From NCBI GenBank assembly GCA_030867685.1, contig JAQOWU010000007.1, forward strand, positions 2,108,001 to 2,172,000: 64,000 bases of DNA, in the 5' to 3' direction. Below are positions 53,101 to 64,000 of the stretch, piece after piece (the first letter of the stretch is position 1; every line of letters begins with the position of its first letter). The notes below the pieces were generated by a model, which ran no database searches, was not told the origin of the DNA, and worked only from the letters and a program-made list of their open reading frames with translations. This DNA comes from Wickerhamiella versatilis (lineage: Eukaryota). The position numbers and the translations under genes were made by a program.

Positions 53101-56100
53101 CAACTACGGTAACCACTAATGTCAATGGAACTGCAACAACAGCCACACTCAGTTCAATGGTTCCTTCACAAGAATCTTTGACAGAAATTGTGGGATCATC
53201 TTATACTATCACTGTTCGTGGAGATACCTCCACTATTACGGATACGTCAACTGTAACAGATATCTCAGTTGTTACAGATGCTCAACTATCTACTGAGACA
53301 TTATCTACGATGGTTCCCACTACTACGGCTGTTACAACTGATGTTAACGGAGCCCCTACAACTGCTACCTTGACTTCCAGCTACCTGTCACCAGAAACGT
53401 TCACTGAGATAGTTGGCTCCACTTATACCTCTACATTGCTCCCGGTTACACAAACAGTTACGACTGAAGTTGATCACACACTTACAACTATGGTGGTCAC
53501 TAGTCTTCCAGGTGCATATTTGACTACGGTAACAGAGTCAACGGACGTACCGACGGCTACTACGGTAACCACGGATGTGAATGGAACTCCCACAACAGCC
53601 ACACTCAGCTCAGTGGTTCCTTCACAAGGGTCGTTGACAGAAATCGTAGGATCATCTTATACAATTACTGTTCGTGGAGATACATCTACTGTTACTGATG
53701 CTCGACTTTCCACTGAGACGCTGTCAACGATGGTTCCGACCACTACTGCTGTTACAACCGAAGTTAATGGTACTCTAACCACTGCAACGTTGACTTCCAG
53801 TTACCTGTCATCAGAAACACTCACCGAAATAGTTGGTTCTACTTATACCTCTACATTGTTCCCGGTTACACAAACTGCTACAACGGAGGTTGACCACACA
53901 CTTACGACTATGGTTATTACAAGTCGCCCAGGTGCATATTTGACTACGGTAGCAGTGTCAACAGAGATTCCCACAGCTACTACAGTAACAAGTAACGTCA
54001 ATGGAACACTCACAACAGCTACACTTAGTTCAATGGTTCCTTCGCAAGAATCGTTGACAGAGATTATCGGAAGCGACTTTACTTCGACCATTCGAGTGCC
54101 GACGACGACTGTTTCTCTCACTGACGCATATCTCACTACTGAAGTGAAACCTACTGAGAGTACTTCATACCATACATTAACAATTGATGTCGGTGGTATG
54201 CCTTCTACTGTCGTTGTTAGCTCACCGATGTCCACGGAAGCCACGTTTACCGAGGTTGTCGCTTCATCTCATACATCGACCCTTCTACCAGTCACAACAA
54301 CCGCCACGCTAACATATACGACTGAGATAGACCACACGTTGACAACAACGTATGCCACAACAGTACTAACTACTCTCCCTGAGCCATATACGCAAACAAC
54401 CGTATCTCCTATCGGCTTAGGGACGTGGACTATCACGATAAGTGAGCCTCCGTCCGTTAGAACATCCATTATCTCTGAACCAGGTCCCAGTTATCTTTCA
54501 ACATTAACTATTCCAGGTGCAACGCGCACATCTGTGGTTAATGTATCACCCACAGCATCTATGGAGACAATAACCGTACCTGGAAGTACGTCTGTTGATA
54601 TGACTACTCTTCCAGCTTCAACCACTACAGAAGTACGGACACTTTCACCTGGCACCAACACTATTATTTACACTAGCGTGATACCAGGAAGCTATGATCC
54701 AACGAGATCAACTCTACTACCAGACAGCACTTCTGAGAGCACTAGTTATGTCGTGGCCACAAGTGATGTTGTATCAACAGTTACAAGGTCAGTGAGTGAT
54801 ATTAGTATCTGGACAATGACCGGTGCTCCTCAGCAGACGGTTGTTACGACTACCTTACCGGCAAGTCAATACACGACTCTAGTCACGCAGCAGCCAGAAA
54901 CCAGCTACATTGAGGTTACCCAGGGTCTTCAGACAATTACCAAATATTATACTGATAGTATTCCTGTTCAAACAACTACCATTACGAATATGCCATCCTT
55001 CACAACAGAAACCGAGGGACCAGAATTGGAGACAACTACTCAGACTGTTACGAGTCCTGCTACTACGTCTCTCACTACTGAACACTTACCAGACAGTACC
55101 CAAGTAGCAACCCATACCATTCAGGGATCAACAGTTCTTTCTACACAGACTCTTCCCGGTACTGTAACGACATATACCAAGACTCTTCCAGAGAGCACTG
55201 CATATTCCACTATAACAGAGAATGCTTCCGCAACTCGCTATACCACTATTCACGATCTCACCACTATCACTGCTTATATTGATCCTTCGACAACACGCAC
55301 GTACACAGTGACCCAACCAGCTTCTTCTTCTGTTGCAACATCAGTGATACCAGGTCATACAGTCCTGCATACTGCTACCGTCGTTGGCTCAACTTCGACC
55401 TACACAGAAACTATAGAGCCTTCGACTTCCTATTCTACTATTACCGTACCTGGTACAGTATTCACTAGTACTGACTATCCTGGTGCGATGACCACAGTGA
55501 TCACATTGACCCAACCTTCGGCCTCGTCATCTATTGTGCCCACAGGAAATGGTGGAGCAGGCGGAGCAAGTGGTGATGGATCACCTATGGGCAACGGCGG
55601 AAACGGCGGAAACGGTGGAGCCGGAGGAGCTGGAGGCAACGGATCACCCATGGGTAATGGTGGAAATGGTGGAAACGGTGGAGCCGGAGGAGCCGGAGGC
55701 AACGGATCACCCATGGGTAATGGTGGAAATGGTGGAAATGGTGGAAACGGTGGAGCCGGAGGAGCCGGAGGAGCTGGAGGCAATGGATCTCCAGAAAGTA
55801 CGGCTGGAATCCAGACCTCTACCACACCTATACCGACAGGTAGCGGTGGTAACGGAGGAAATGGTGGAGCCGGAGGAGCAGGTGGTGATGGGTTACCTAT
55901 GGGCAACGGAGGCAACGGCGGCAACGGAGGAGCCGGAGGAGCTGGAGGCAACGGATCACCTATGGGCAATGGCGGAAACGGTGGAAACGGTGGAGCCGGA
56001 GGAGCTGGAGGCAATGGATCTCCAGAAAGTACGGCTGGAATCCAGACCTCTACCACACCTATACCTACAGGTAGCGGTGGTAACGGAGGAAATGGTGGCG

Positions 56101-57170
56101 CAGGCGGAGCAGGTGGTGATGGGTCACCTTTGAGCAATGGTGGAAATGGTGGCAACGGAGGAGCCGGAGGAGCTGGAGGCAATGGATCACCTACAGGTAA
56201 TGGTGGAAACGGTGGGGCCGGTGGAGCAGGCGATAACGGATCGCCAGAAAGTACGGCTGGAATACAGACCTCTTTTACACCTATACCGACAGGTAGCGGT
56301 GGTAACGGAGGAAATGGTGGAGCAGGTGGAGCAGGTGGTAATGGATCACCAACGGGTAACGGACTACCTGAGAGTACAACTGCAATTCAAACCTTTAGCA
56401 CTCCTATGCCTACAGATGGCAATAGCAACGGTGGTACAGGTAGTAACGGGTCATCTGAAGGTACTGCAATGCCGAGCTCTGCTACATCTATGCCAACAGG
56501 TAATGATGGAAATGGAGGGAACGGTGGAGTCGGCGGAGCCGGTGGTAATGGAACACCTACACCGACAGGCAATGGTGGTAACGGAGGAAATGGTGGAGCA
56601 GGTGGAGCAGGTGGTAATGGATCACCTATGGGCAACGGTGGTAACGGAGGGAATGGTGGAGCAGGTGGAGCCGGCGGTAATGGATCACCTATGGGCAACG
56701 GCGGTAACGGAGGAAACGGTGGAGCAGGTGGATCAGGAGGAAATGATTCTCTCACGGCTGGTGGAGGAGCCCAGAGCTCACCATCGCCGGTAACAAGTGG
56801 ATTATCATCTCTAATTCCTACTGCTAGTGAATCGTCGTATAACAACCATCTGACTCCCACACCAGACACAAGCCTCAGTGATAATGCTGGCACTACCGCT
56901 ACTTTAGGTATGCCCTCAATACCGAACCAATCTGAACAGCCTGCTGGTGAAACCACTAGCCCTACAGGACGCAGAATAACTTCGGAATCAAATCCAAGTT
57001 CACTCTGGTCTACGAACGTATCCGGCTATACAAATCCAGGATACTCGAGTTCTAGTCCGATGCCGAACGCTTCGGAAACATCCCCCCCTGCTATATCCAA
57101 CTTTGCCACGAGAAAGCAACCAATTTTTGCATCAACAATCCTTTTAATTGCTCTGGCTATAATTGTATGA
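47154..57170 (+). CDS. Giant GPI-anchored adhesin/flocculin-like protein (3338 aa)
   Basis: Signal peptide, Cys-rich head, Thr-rich tandem repeats, Gly-rich repeats, C-terminal hydrophobic GPI signal. Confidence 0.88.
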   Translation: MAVGQMSRHFLALLVLALEPASGTYFGQNACQNENNFQQLSSVNLDSQCWKYCQNQATKLTTCVLTGTCCNSLLAESNAVDNIGCSQCYNAAQSGDVELNFDGSDRFHNMSAFNDFVQYTFWYKGNHCCKHSSAVEASSADYTIPQADTSTLYLTTTGGTSYASVPVGGTGLSTGYDPGQGGGMGTGMGPGRTVTVQGSTQYSTLTIMPGSATTVTKSATEYISGPNGNLPTTEVSTLYLTAGTSFTSTAIVISTEYVSGGVGPTGTSTELSTIYVSGPAGPTSTHTALSTLYVSPIYTTLTQPATTVTAQGSLLTRPASTITLRATDYVTMTSLSLATETVTAGGTTEYLTTFVPTQVTVHPGTNSVPYLTTAVESTNVPTETTVSTNINGTPTTATLSSVVPSSRSFTEIVGSSYTITVRGDTSTVTDARLSTETLETMVPTTTAVTTDVNGTPTTATLTSSYQSPETFTEIVGSTYTSTLLPVTQTITTEIDHTLTTMVVTSLPGAYLTTVAESTDVPTATTVTTNVNGTPTTATLSSVVPSQESLTEIVGSSYTITVRGDTSTVTDTSVVTDAQLSTETLSTMVPTTTAVTTDVNGTPTTATLTTSYLSPETFTEIIGSTYTSTLLPVTQTVTTEVDHTLTTMVVTSLPGAYLTTVAESTDVPTATTVTTNINGTPTTATLSSVVPSQESLTEIVGSSYTITIRGDTSTVTDTSVVTDAQLSTETLSTMVPTTTAVTTDVNGTPTTATLTTSYLSPETFTEIVGSTYTSTLLPVTQTVTTEVDHTLTTMVVTSLPGAYLTTVAESTDVPTATTVTTNVNGTPTTATLSSMVPSQESLTEIVGSSYTITIRGDTSTVTDTSVVTDAQLSTETLSTMVPTTTAVTTDVNGTPTTATLTTSYLSPETFTEIIGSTYTSTLLPVTQTVTTEVDHTLTTMVVTSLPGAYLTTVTEPTDVPTATTVTTNINGTPTTATLSSVVPSQKSLTEIVGSSYTITIRGDTSTVTDTSVVTDAKLSTETLSTMVPTTTAVTTDVNGTPTTATLTSSYLSPETFTEIVGSTYTSTLLPVTQTVTTEVDHTLTTMVVTSLPGAYLTTVAESTDVPTATTVTTNINGTPTTATLSSMVPSQESLTEIVGSSYTITVRGDTSTVTDARLSTETLSTMVPTTTVVTTDVNGTPTTATLTSSYLSPETLTEIVGSTYTSTLLPVTQTVTTEVDHTLTTMVVTSLPGAYLTTVAESTDVPTATTVTTNINGTPTTATLSSMVPSQESLTEIVGSSYTITIRGDTSTVTDTSVVTDAQLSTETLSTMVPTTTAVTTDVNGTPTTATLTTSYQSPETFTEIVGSTYTSTLLPVTQTVTTEMDHTLTTMVVTSLPGAYLTTVAESTDVPTATTVTTNINGTPTTATLSSMVPSQESLTEIVGSSYTITVRGDTSTVTDAKLSTETLSTMVPTTTVVTTDVNGTPTTATLTSSYLSPETFTEIVGSTYTSTLLPVTQTVTTEVDHTLTTMVVTSLPGAYLTTVTESTGVPTATTVTTNVNGTATTATLSSMVPSQESLTEIVGSSYTITVRGDTSTITDTSTVTDTSVVTDAQLSTETLSTMVPTTTAVTTDVNGTPTTATLTSSYLSPETFTEIVGSTYTSTLLPVTQTVTTEVDHTLTTMVVTSLPGAYLTTVAESTDVPTATTVTTNINGTATTATLSSMVPSQESLTEIVGSSYTITVRGDTSTVTDTSTVTDTSVVTDARLSTETVSTMVPTTTAVTTDVNGIPTTATLTTSYQSPETFTEIVGSTYTSTLLPVTQTVTTEVDHTLTTMVVTSLPGAYLTTVAESTDVPTATTVTTNVNGTPTTATLSSVVPSQESLTEIVGSSYTITIRGDTSTVTDTSVVTDAKLSTETVSTMVPTTTAVTTEVNGTLTTATLTSSYLSPETFTEIVGSTYTSTLLPVTQTVTTEVDHTLTTMVVTSLPGAYLTTVAESTDVPTATTVTTNVNGTATTATLSSMVPSQESLTEIVGSSYTITVRGDTSTITDTSTVTDISVVTDAQLSTETLSTMVPTTTAVTTDVNGAPTTATLTSSYLSPETFTEIVGSTYTSTLLPVTQTVTTEVDHTLTTMVVTSLPGAYLTTVTESTDVPTATTVTTDVNGTPTTATLSSVVPSQGSLTEIVGSSYTITVRGDTSTVTDARLSTETLSTMVPTTTAVTTEVNGTLTTATLTSSYLSSETLTEIVGSTYTSTLFPVTQTATTEVDHTLTTMVITSRPGAYLTTVAVSTEIPTATTVTSNVNGTLTTATLSSMVPSQESLTEIIGSDFTSTIRVPTTTVSLTDAYLTTEVKPTESTSYHTLTIDVGGMPSTVVVSSPMSTEATFTEVVASSHTSTLLPVTTTATLTYTTEIDHTLTTTYATTVLTTLPEPYTQTTVSPIGLGTWTITISEPPSVRTSIISEPGPSYLSTLTIPGATRTSVVNVSPTASMETITVPGSTSVDMTTLPASTTTEVRTLSPGTNTIIYTSVIPGSYDPTRSTLLPDSTSESTSYVVATSDVVSTVTRSVSDISIWTMTGAPQQTVVTTTLPASQYTTLVTQQPETSYIEVTQGLQTITKYYTDSIPVQTTTITNMPSFTTETEGPELETTTQTVTSPATTSLTTEHLPDSTQVATHTIQGSTVLSTQTLPGTVTTYTKTLPESTAYSTITENASATRYTTIHDLTTITAYIDPSTTRTYTVTQPASSSVATSVIPGHTVLHTATVVGSTSTYTETIEPSTSYSTITVPGTVFTSTDYPGAMTTVITLTQPSASSSIVPTGNGGAGGASGDGSPMGNGGNGGNGGAGGAGGNGSPMGNGGNGGNGGAGGAGGNGSPMGNGGNGGNGGNGGAGGAGGAGGNGSPESTAGIQTSTTPIPTGSGGNGGNGGAGGAGGDGLPMGNGGNGGNGGAGGAGGNGSPMGNGGNGGNGGAGGAGGNGSPESTAGIQTSTTPIPTGSGGNGGNGGAGGAGGDGSPLSNGGNGGNGGAGGAGGNGSPTGNGGNGGAGGAGDNGSPESTAGIQTSFTPIPTGSGGNGGNGGAGGAGGNGSPTGNGLPESTTAIQTFSTPMPTDGNSNGGTGSNGSSEGTAMPSSATSMPTGNDGNGGNGGVGGAGGNGTPTPTGNGGNGGNGGAGGAGGNGSPMGNGGNGGNGGAGGAGGNGSPMGNGGNGGNGGAGGSGGNDSLTAGGGAQSSPSPVTSGLSSLIPTASESSYNNHLTPTPDTSLSDNAGTTATLGMPSIPNQSEQPAGETTSPTGRRITSESNPSSLWSTNVSGYTNPGYSSSSPMPNASETSPPAISNFATRKQPIFASTILLIALAIIV
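48261..53936 (+). repeat. Coding megasatellite of 13 units of 420/438/456 bp
   Basis: CCAGGTGC anchor at 48672, 49110, 49548, 49986, 50424, 50844, 51282, 51702, 52158, 52614, 53052, 53508 and 53928; a degenerate 14th unit follows. Confidence 0.95.
55545..56744 (+). repeat. GGN/GGA glycine-rich coding repeat
   Basis: Recurrent [20 protein letters not shown](M) blocks with [15 protein letters not shown] spacers. Confidence 0.95.
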
Positions 57171-57451
57171 ATATAAGGAATATTAGTATCGTTAACTCAT
57201 TAATTTTTCATTGGCAATCTAACTAAGTCTCGCTATTAATTTGGCACAAAGTATAGTCAGGATTATTGGTAGTTCCTCAGAAGTTTCTAATAGGTGCTTC
57301 TGAACCATTACGTAAAGCACCAACTAAGTCCACGTACTTTAAAATCTAATTATGGAAAAATGCACATCCAAACACCCGCTAAACGTATACTGACTTCACA
57401 TGAATGCTGATAAGCACTAGCTCATCTGTGCTTAGTAAGTTTTGAAGGCGC

Positions 57452-59056
57452 ATGGCGCATCCTGGACGAACGCCCAAGGCTTGCGAGGCTTGCCGAGCGA
57501 AGAAGTTCAGGTGCGTCATACCACCAGGAAGTGAATCATGTGAAGCTTGCTTAAAGAAAGAAATCAGCTGCTCTTTGCAGCGGGCTTTTAAGGATGTGCG
57601 TGAGTCTCAGACTTCAGAAGGTACGGCAACAAGTATATCACCCAGAACACCTTCGATTAGTCCCCGGGCTAACCATCAGGATGCTACAGTATTTTCAGAT
57701 GATCTTGTAATAAATTTTCAGTCCGCTCCTAATGAGAGCAAGCCTGGTAATCCTGGTCACATGTGGCATCCTAGTTTTTTGGGCCCATATCCGGCACGCC
57801 GGGAGTTCAACTACTTTTCAAGTCCAGCATATGTAAGTATGCAGGATGGGGGGAACTCTCCGCCAAGATTTGGTTCGTATAGCCAGCTGAGTCGTGGACC
57901 ATACTTTTCTGCTAGAGAGCCCAATGTAATATCTGAGAACATTTTGACTGAGAAACAAGTTTGTGACTTGGTAAGTTTTTTTCGTAACAATTTCAATCAT
58001 TGGATCTCTTTACCACCGCTTTCCACAACTATAGAAGTGGTCAATTATTATCTTGACCGTTGTCCTCTAGTTTTGACAGTTTGCTGCGCTGTTGCTATGA
58101 GGTTTGGAAAACAGGAGATTTGGCGAGCCATTTATCCTCTCCTATCAAAATTTTTAAAATTCCATCTCGACTCAACCAGTTTGAACAGTTCCCAATCTAT
58201 AGAATGTGTTCAGGGACTAACTGTAGTCTCACTGTTTGCTAGTTCACTCAGCTATGGTGAGATTCAGTTTGATTCGTGGTTGATATCTGGTATTGGTATT
58301 ATGCATATGGAAACCATTCGCTCCTTGGGGGTATCATTTTCACATTTACATTTCAGATTATGGAATCACCTCACTCTGGCTCATTTTGCTGCAGCTAACC
58401 TTACTGGACGGCGTGTTATGGTTGGAAGAGAAGACGATATTTTTACGCAACAAATACTTCAATATCCTGATGCCAATCGTTTCGATAGGTCTGTTGTGGC
58501 ACAGATTTCAGTTTTAATGATTGGATACTCCTATTTCAGGTCTGATATAACCTATGAGGATTTCGAACACTTGATTTCAGATTGGTATTCGCAGTGGTCA
58601 TATCTGGCAAGACAACCTATAATCCAGTTTATCGAACCAGTATACCAGTATACCCTATTTGTAGCTCGAATGATACAAGTGTGCCACGAAAATAATATCT
58701 CTCTGAATTACTGTGCCACTTATAACTTGGTTGGTGCAGCAATTCCCAAATTAGGTATCGCAGAACTGAGGCATCTATTCGCAGGATTGAATATTATTGT
58801 TGAATCCTTGCTTGACGTTGTGCACGAAGCATTTTTTCCATGTCTCAGTGATGAGTTGCATATAATGGGATACAATGCTGCATATTTTGCTGTCTTAATC
58901 CAACATGAACTTTTTGCGAGAGGAAATGCTTTAGAGCCTGATACTATCGTGCTTACTCGTAGACTCGCCGACCGTTTCAGAATAACAAGCCAAGGAGAGG
59001 GCACTATTTCATATGAATGGGCTAAAGTTCTTGCCAATATTACGGCTCCTTTATGA
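57452..59056 (+). CDS. Zn(II)2Cys6 transcription factor
   Basis: KACEACRAKKFRC......CEACLKKEISC followed by a fungal middle-homology-like region. Confidence 0.9.
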   Translation: MAHPGRTPKACEACRAKKFRCVIPPGSESCEACLKKEISCSLQRAFKDVRESQTSEGTATSISPRTPSISPRANHQDATVFSDDLVINFQSAPNESKPGNPGHMWHPSFLGPYPARREFNYFSSPAYVSMQDGGNSPPRFGSYSQLSRGPYFSAREPNVISENILTEKQVCDLVSFFRNNFNHWISLPPLSTTIEVVNYYLDRCPLVLTVCCAVAMRFGKQEIWRAIYPLLSKFLKFHLDSTSLNSSQSIECVQGLTVVSLFASSLSYGEIQFDSWLISGIGIMHMETIRSLGVSFSHLHFRLWNHLTLAHFAAANLTGRRVMVGREDDIFTQQILQYPDANRFDRSVVAQISVLMIGYSYFRSDITYEDFEHLISDWYSQWSYLARQPIIQFIEPVYQYTLFVARMIQVCHENNISLNYCATYNLVGAAIPKLGIAELRHLFAGLNIIVESLLDVVHEAFFPCLSDELHIMGYNAAYFAVLIQHELFARGNALEPDTIVLTRRLADRFRITSQGEGTISYEWAKVLANITAPL

Positions 59057-59327
59057 ATTTTGTAGCATGGTAGTTTTACAAAGCGGGATAAATTAAATTT
59101 GATGATGATAACATGATTTGAGTTTACATGTAGTAATATTTCTGCAAATTTGAAAGTTATATGCTGATTGTTATATCATTAAATAGACGCCGTTTCGGTA
59201 GAAATCCTATGAAAACCCTAGATATAACGACAATGGGGCCTTGTAAAAATTCAAGCAACAAACTACTTCACATGTGGCCCTGAGAACTCAATCAGAACGG
59301 TAATTATGCTTTTTATAAATACTAAAT

Positions 59328-60614
59328 CTACTTTTTGTTACTGATATTGCGCAGAGTAGAAAGTATAGCTGATACGTGCTCACCATAATCGCCTATCTGA
59401 TCTTGTAGTCCAGCGGCTTTCATGTTCGGGCTATTCGAAGCATCTTCACGAGCCGTGAGACTTGAACTAGAGTCATAAAGTGCATCAACAGAATTAATAC
59501 GTTCCCAGAGGTCCTTAACAGGGTCATGTCGAGCTCTACGACGAATCTGGCGACGATGGCGTTTTTCTTTTAGAAGTCTCTCAAATTCACTTTGCACACG
59601 CCTTTCTCGCGCATTTCGAGGCCTGGGTATGGTAAGTTGCTTGCTTTCCTGCTCACTGTTAACTTGAGAGACATTTGACGTAGGTCGAGAACCTGCAGAG
59701 GACGTGACCGTGCCATGAAGATATGCAAGCCGTTGCAGCGTCATTTGGTTACCAAATGCTATCTCTGCCGGAGTGTCGATATTCTCCCCTTTGACCCCTA
59801 TATCATTAAGGGGAACTAGAGGTGGTACTTGCAGCCGCTCTTCTGGGGCCACAGGACCAAAAGGATTTTGCGCAAGGCCAGAAGGGGTGAATCCTGATTC
59901 AAGATACGCCCATACAAGCCATAAAAATGCCTGCACGCGACTTGAGCTACTCAAATTTTTGTCCATGATCAATGAGAAGAAATTGTGAGGGTCACTCATG
60001 AAACGTGTTTCTACCTCCGAAGAGAAAGTTGACATCAAGAATACCAGATTTACAGGGTTAGTCGGTGGTTGTCTACCTTCAGATATGAATTTGCGAAGCT
60101 CATCAAAAGACAGTGGCTCCTTACGATCCTCACATGCGCCCTTCAAGATTGATTTCAACCGCGGTGCATCTTGAAGCTGCTTGTACTCAGCAGTGTCCTG
60201 ATTTTGCAAGCTCGGAATAGGATGGTAGGTACGAAGCTGAGCTCTCATCTCTGGAAAGAAGTTTAACGTAGTATTCATCCGTCCTAAGTTTACCAATAGA
60301 CATACCATCGCAATACTGATTGCAGCTGTCCTGTCACCCAAGAGCTTCTCCCCTAGAACCTTTGAACACTTTGACGAACGCGCCATAGCATCAATATATA
60401 CATCTGCAAATGTTTGTCCCTGCTCTCCCGTGTACGAATTCGTGAATACGCGCTTGTCATTTGTGAACACACCATAAAGAAAGTCGTACTGTAAGTCTGC
60501 ACGCCATAATGGCTCACCATCCCTTTTTTTCAGGTGTTTCACCTTGCTGTGATTCAGTAACGACTGGAACGTCCGTTTGTGCGGACGCTTGGCCCTGCCT
60601 TTGTCGTCCTCCAT
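59328..60614 (-). CDS. IES1: Ino80 complex subunit Ies1
   Basis: KHLKKRDGEPLWRADLQYDFL, GRMNTTLNFFPEMRAQLRTYH, KQLQDAPRLKSILKG. Confidence 0.9.
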   Translation of the reverse strand: MEDDKGRAKRPHKRTFQSLLNHSKVKHLKKRDGEPLWRADLQYDFLYGVFTNDKRVFTNSYTGEQGQTFADVYIDAMARSSKCSKVLGEKLLGDRTAAISIAMVCLLVNLGRMNTTLNFFPEMRAQLRTYHPIPSLQNQDTAEYKQLQDAPRLKSILKGACEDRKEPLSFDELRKFISEGRQPPTNPVNLVFLMSTFSSEVETRFMSDPHNFFSLIMDKNLSSSSRVQAFLWLVWAYLESGFTPSGLAQNPFGPVAPEERLQVPPLVPLNDIGVKGENIDTPAEIAFGNQMTLQRLAYLHGTVTSSAGSRPTSNVSQVNSEQESKQLTIPRPRNARERRVQSEFERLLKEKRHRRQIRRRARHDPVKDLWERINSVDALYDSSSSLTAREDASNSPNMKAAGLQDQIGDYGEHVSAILSTLRNISNKK

Positions 60615-60981
60615 ATTGGAGCGTCAACCAATTCAGTTAGAGGTTAGGGGTGGTGCGCTGGAAATGCTGAAATCTTGACAGGAAGCTATAAGATTTATTG
60701 CCGAGGAAGAGTAGCCAGCAACTATTCAGCAATCAGAAGTGGATGTCTTAGCTCTTCACCAATGAAATGCTATTTTATAATAGCAAGCAAGTTCTTAGCA
60801 CATTGTTAGCTTTTGCTATTATGTGCCTACCGTAGCCTCCGTTAATATCTTTTCATGTCATTGTGCTAACATGCATAAAAATAAAACGTGTCTTATATTG
60901 TACCGAATATCTCAAAACTATAAAGAAACGTTAATTTTGTTCGCTATACCCTAGCCCACGATCTAGGCCGGTGTGCAAAAC

Positions 60982-62946
60982 ATGGCGATTTTACTTCTTG
61001 ATTGCTATGATTCTTTCACGTATAACCTGGTTCGGCTAGCAGAGCATGCAACTGGCTCGAAGATCATCGTTTTTCATCATGATGCTTTACAATTGCCTGA
61101 ATTAGAGCACATTCTAGAATGTGTGAGTGCTGTGATTATTGGGCCGGGTCCAGGCCATCCTGCGAAGCCCAAAGACTGTGGTATGATTCCACACGTCCTA
61201 GATTTAGGTGAAAAATATAATATTCCTATTCTAGGGGTGTGCTTTGGGTTCCAGTCACTATGCTTGCGTTACGGATTTGAAATAGTTCAAATGAAGCTGC
61301 CACAGCATGGCAGACGCTCGCCTGTAGCCCACAACAACGAAGGAATATTTCACAGCCTCCCGCAGAACTTTTCTGTTGTTCGATACCATTCTCTCGAGGT
61401 AGGCTTGCTTGAATCTTCAGACCAGCCTTCACTCCAGGTAACAGCTTCGACTCCAGACGGATGTATCATGGCAGTGCAGCATCGGCAATTCCCCTTTTAT
61501 GGAGTTCAATTTCACCCTGAATCGGTATTATCTGAATGTGGATTTTCCCTAATAAAAAACTTCTGGAATTTATGCGCCCGCAAGCGTGATGATGAGCTGT
61601 TGGACCTGAGTAGATCAGTGTTATTTACTCCTCTTCTAAAGCATCCTGATAATAATGCTTCGGTACCCAATATAGTGACCAAAGGTCGAGAGGATCCTAT
61701 TGCAGTGTGTGAGGGTTTGAGAAGTGCAGGTAGGAACTTCACCTTGCTCCACTCTTCGAGATTTCCCGGAGAATGGTCAATAATTGGGCTATTGGACAAT
61801 GCAACTCACATATATGCAGAGGATTCATATGTGTATGAGAGTTCTCTGGGTGGAAAACCTTACAAAAAGGCAGAAATTGACATATGGTCCTATATCGCAA
61901 AGTTCATGGACGAACGACTGCTACGTCCAGAATTGCTCAATAATGTTCCTGCACTTCCATTCTATGGTGGAATTATTGGATTTCTCTCCTATGAACAGTG
62001 TTGTAAGGTAGCGGGTTGTGGGTCATCATTCGTATATGTGGAGAACGCGATTGTGATAAGTCCCGAAAAGATGTATTTTGTAGGCGATGTGCCAGAATTT
62101 ACAATTTTGGGGCTGGGAGGTCCCAATACTATACCTAATCCCATTGTTCATTTACCAGACAAGCAATCTTATAAAAATAAAATTGATGCTTGCATGAACA
62201 GCCTGCGTGCAGGTGATTCGTACGAGCTTTGCTTGACGACTAAGGCGACAGTTGAGTGTGAAGTTGACAGCTGGACACTTTTTCGTAACCTTATCTTAAA
62301 GAATCCAGCTCCATACTGTACTTATATGGATTTTCCTAAGATGAAATTGATTGGGAGCTCGCCGGAAAGATTTATGTCTTGGAAGAATGGCCGTTGCCAG
62401 TTCCGGCCTATAAAAGGTACCGTGAAGAAAAAAGCAGGGTTGACACGTAAAGATGCTGAATCAATTCTTCGAAGTGAGAAAGAGCAGGCTGAGAATTTGA
62501 TGATTGTAGATTTAATCCGTCATGATCTGGGCGAGCTTGCTGAAAATGTGGAATGTCCAGAACTCATGGCGGTAGAGGAATACGAAAGTGTGTTCCAGCT
62601 TGTTAGTGTTATTGAGGGCAACTTGTCTGATGGTTATAGTGGTTGGGATACTTTGCATTACTCGGTGCCACCTGGATCGATGACCGGTGCGCCTAAAGTT
62701 CGCTCTGTGGAGATTTTGAGAGATCTTGAGGATCATGTACCGAGAGAACTCTATTCAGGAGTTAGTGGATATTGGTCTATAGATGATTCTGGGGATTGGA
62801 GCGTTAACATTCGATGTCTCTATTCTACAAAACCAGACACTTGGAATATAGGAGCTGGTGGAGCTATCACGGTATTGAGTACAGCTGAGGACGAGTATCA
62901 AGAAATGAGGACAAAGCTAGATGCCACATTAAGAGTTTTTGACTAG
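60982..62946 (+). CDS. ABZ1: Aminodeoxychorismate synthase (fused PabA/PabB)
   Basis: DCYDSFTYNL, GPGPG, LGVCFGFQ, QFHPES, GDSYELCLT, SSPERF, PIKGT, ENLMIVDLIRHD, PPGSMTGAPK. Confidence 0.95.
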   Translation: MAILLLDCYDSFTYNLVRLAEHATGSKIIVFHHDALQLPELEHILECVSAVIIGPGPGHPAKPKDCGMIPHVLDLGEKYNIPILGVCFGFQSLCLRYGFEIVQMKLPQHGRRSPVAHNNEGIFHSLPQNFSVVRYHSLEVGLLESSDQPSLQVTASTPDGCIMAVQHRQFPFYGVQFHPESVLSECGFSLIKNFWNLCARKRDDELLDLSRSVLFTPLLKHPDNNASVPNIVTKGREDPIAVCEGLRSAGRNFTLLHSSRFPGEWSIIGLLDNATHIYAEDSYVYESSLGGKPYKKAEIDIWSYIAKFMDERLLRPELLNNVPALPFYGGIIGFLSYEQCCKVAGCGSSFVYVENAIVISPEKMYFVGDVPEFTILGLGGPNTIPNPIVHLPDKQSYKNKIDACMNSLRAGDSYELCLTTKATVECEVDSWTLFRNLILKNPAPYCTYMDFPKMKLIGSSPERFMSWKNGRCQFRPIKGTVKKKAGLTRKDAESILRSEKEQAENLMIVDLIRHDLGELAENVECPELMAVEEYESVFQLVSVIEGNLSDGYSGWDTLHYSVPPGSMTGAPKVRSVEILRDLEDHVPRELYSGVSGYWSIDDSGDWSVNIRCLYSTKPDTWNIGAGGAITVLSTAEDEYQEMRTKLDATLRVFD

Positions 62947-62968
62947 GAAACAAGAGCTTTAATAGATA

Positions 62969-64000
62969 ATGATTATTTCGGTTCAACTTTACGTAATGCG
63001 TCGGCCGCCTGGCTGGCCAGCGTTAAGCACCACCTTGAAGCGAAGTGCAAGAGCGGACCTAGATTTTTTGTTTTTGAAGCACGAGCCTAATGTGAGACAT
63101 AATATCTATGGAGTACACGATGTTTCAAAGACTCCTAGAGGTGGTGGTAATACGCGAGCTTTGAAGGATCTAGCTTGGCATGTAAATACGCATGATTTTT
63201 CGGGTGCAGAAAATATATTCTCCTTCAACCCGGGGCTTCAATATCGGTCTGCGGCTTTGAAACTAATGATTAGGAGCTTTTGTCTTCAGAGAGATTTTAC
63301 TACAGCCAAGGCTTTTCTTTTTCATATGCATGACCGTGTTGGCACTGAAGGTGCAATACGCTTCGTCGCTCATTGTATTTTCACCTCGGCAAATCCTGAT
63401 GATATCTGTGAGGTTATCCATCGGTTTGGTAAAGAAGACCCGGTCTTGGTTGGAATAAGCCTCATAGGCTTGGGTATTCTTGAACGAGTTGCTGAACGAG
63501 ACACCCTGCGTAAAGGACTTCCGTCAAGAATGAAGTCGCATCCAGCGGTCATGCAGGCGACGACATTTGAGCTGTACCAGGCCGAAGAATGGGCACGTGC
63601 TTTAGAGCATGGACGTACGGTCTTTGCGCGGGCTAATGAGCGCAATTCCTGCCATCACAAATTTCATCTTCGTGCAAGGGTTCCCTATACCATAGCACTG
63701 TGGTTTTTTGCGCGCACTGGCCACTTTAAGGGTGCACAAAAAATAATTGATCACATGCACATATTAGGAATACCCCCTAAGGAAGACACTACGTTGACTT
63801 TTTTGCAGAATATGAAAAGTTACTGGCAGGGAAATGAAGTTGAATTACTGACGTTCTGTGAGAAAGAATTGCGTCTGCCAATAAGTGCGGATGCAGTCGA
63901 GCTAATGCTACAGAGTTTTGTCCGACAATGTCCGGTGGAAATGCAATTAAAAATGCCATTTAAATCTATTCGTTACTCTCTTTTGAGCCAGCCATCCAAT
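62969..64000 (+). CDS. Putative mitochondrial pentatricopeptide-repeat protein, runs off window edge
   Basis: Manual translation: 344 open codons from ATG 62969 (or ATG 62996); PYTIALWFFARTGHFKGAQKIIDHMHILGIPP is a PPR motif. Not in the ORF track. Confidence 0.7.
   Translation, partial: MIISVQLYVMRRPPGWPALSTTLKRSARADLDFLFLKHEPNVRHNIYGVHDVSKTPRGGGNTRALKDLAWHVNTHDFSGAENIFSFNPGLQYRSAALKLMIRSFCLQRDFTTAKAFLFHMHDRVGTEGAIRFVAHCIFTSANPDDICEVIHRFGKEDPVLVGISLIGLGILERVAERDTLRKGLPSRMKSHPAVMQATTFELYQAEEWARALEHGRTVFARANERNSCHHKFHLRARVPYTIALWFFARTGHFKGAQKIIDHMHILGIPPKEDTTLTFLQNMKSYWQGNEVELLTFCEKELRLPISADAVELMLQSFVRQCPVEMQLKMPFKSIRYSLLSQPSN

Noticed and set aside
48261..53936. Tandem array as CRISPR or mobile element
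   Set aside because: Eukaryotic in-frame coding repeat with no unique spacers, cas genes or transposase
55475..56956. Pro-rich antisense and alternative-frame ORFs
   Set aside because: By-products of the stop-free GGN repeat
59102..59167. ATGATGA...CTGA between convergent genes
   Set aside because: Partial rRNA complementarity is not positioned against box D
60982..62946. ABZ1 as a bacterial horizontal transfer
   Set aside because: Fused PabA-PabB with GDSYELCLT is the normal fungal form

Overview
Gene-dense (about one gene per 1.5 kb), almost intron-free segment of an ascomycete yeast nuclear chromosome. A class III chitin synthase, a complex I subunit, COP9 subunits, ELYS-like and Phf1/2-like genes, shortened proteins and tiny spacers suggest an early-diverging, compact-genome Saccharomycotina such as Trichomonascaceae (inference only). 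About 41 protein genes are supportable, including two edge-truncated CDSs missed by the ORF track (STE7 at the left end, a PPR protein at the right end). Points of most interest: (1) an snR71-type box C/D snoRNA inside a terminal intron of a miniature CSN4-like gene; (2) a-factor-pathway genes RAM1, RCE1 and STE6, plus STE7, co-located, with a 16/18-identical Mcm1-type element shared by the STE6 upstream region and an unknown CCVM-ending gene; (3) divergent gene pairs with almost no spacer, including a TPT1 with no usable AUG outside the neighbouring gene; (4) a 3338-aa GPI adhesin combining an unrecognised Cys-rich head, 13 roughly 146-aa Thr repeats and PE_PGRS-like glycine repeats; (5) a GTB1 gene fragment; (6) a recurrent telomere-like promoter motif. 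All assignments come from reading motifs by eye; no database search was run.
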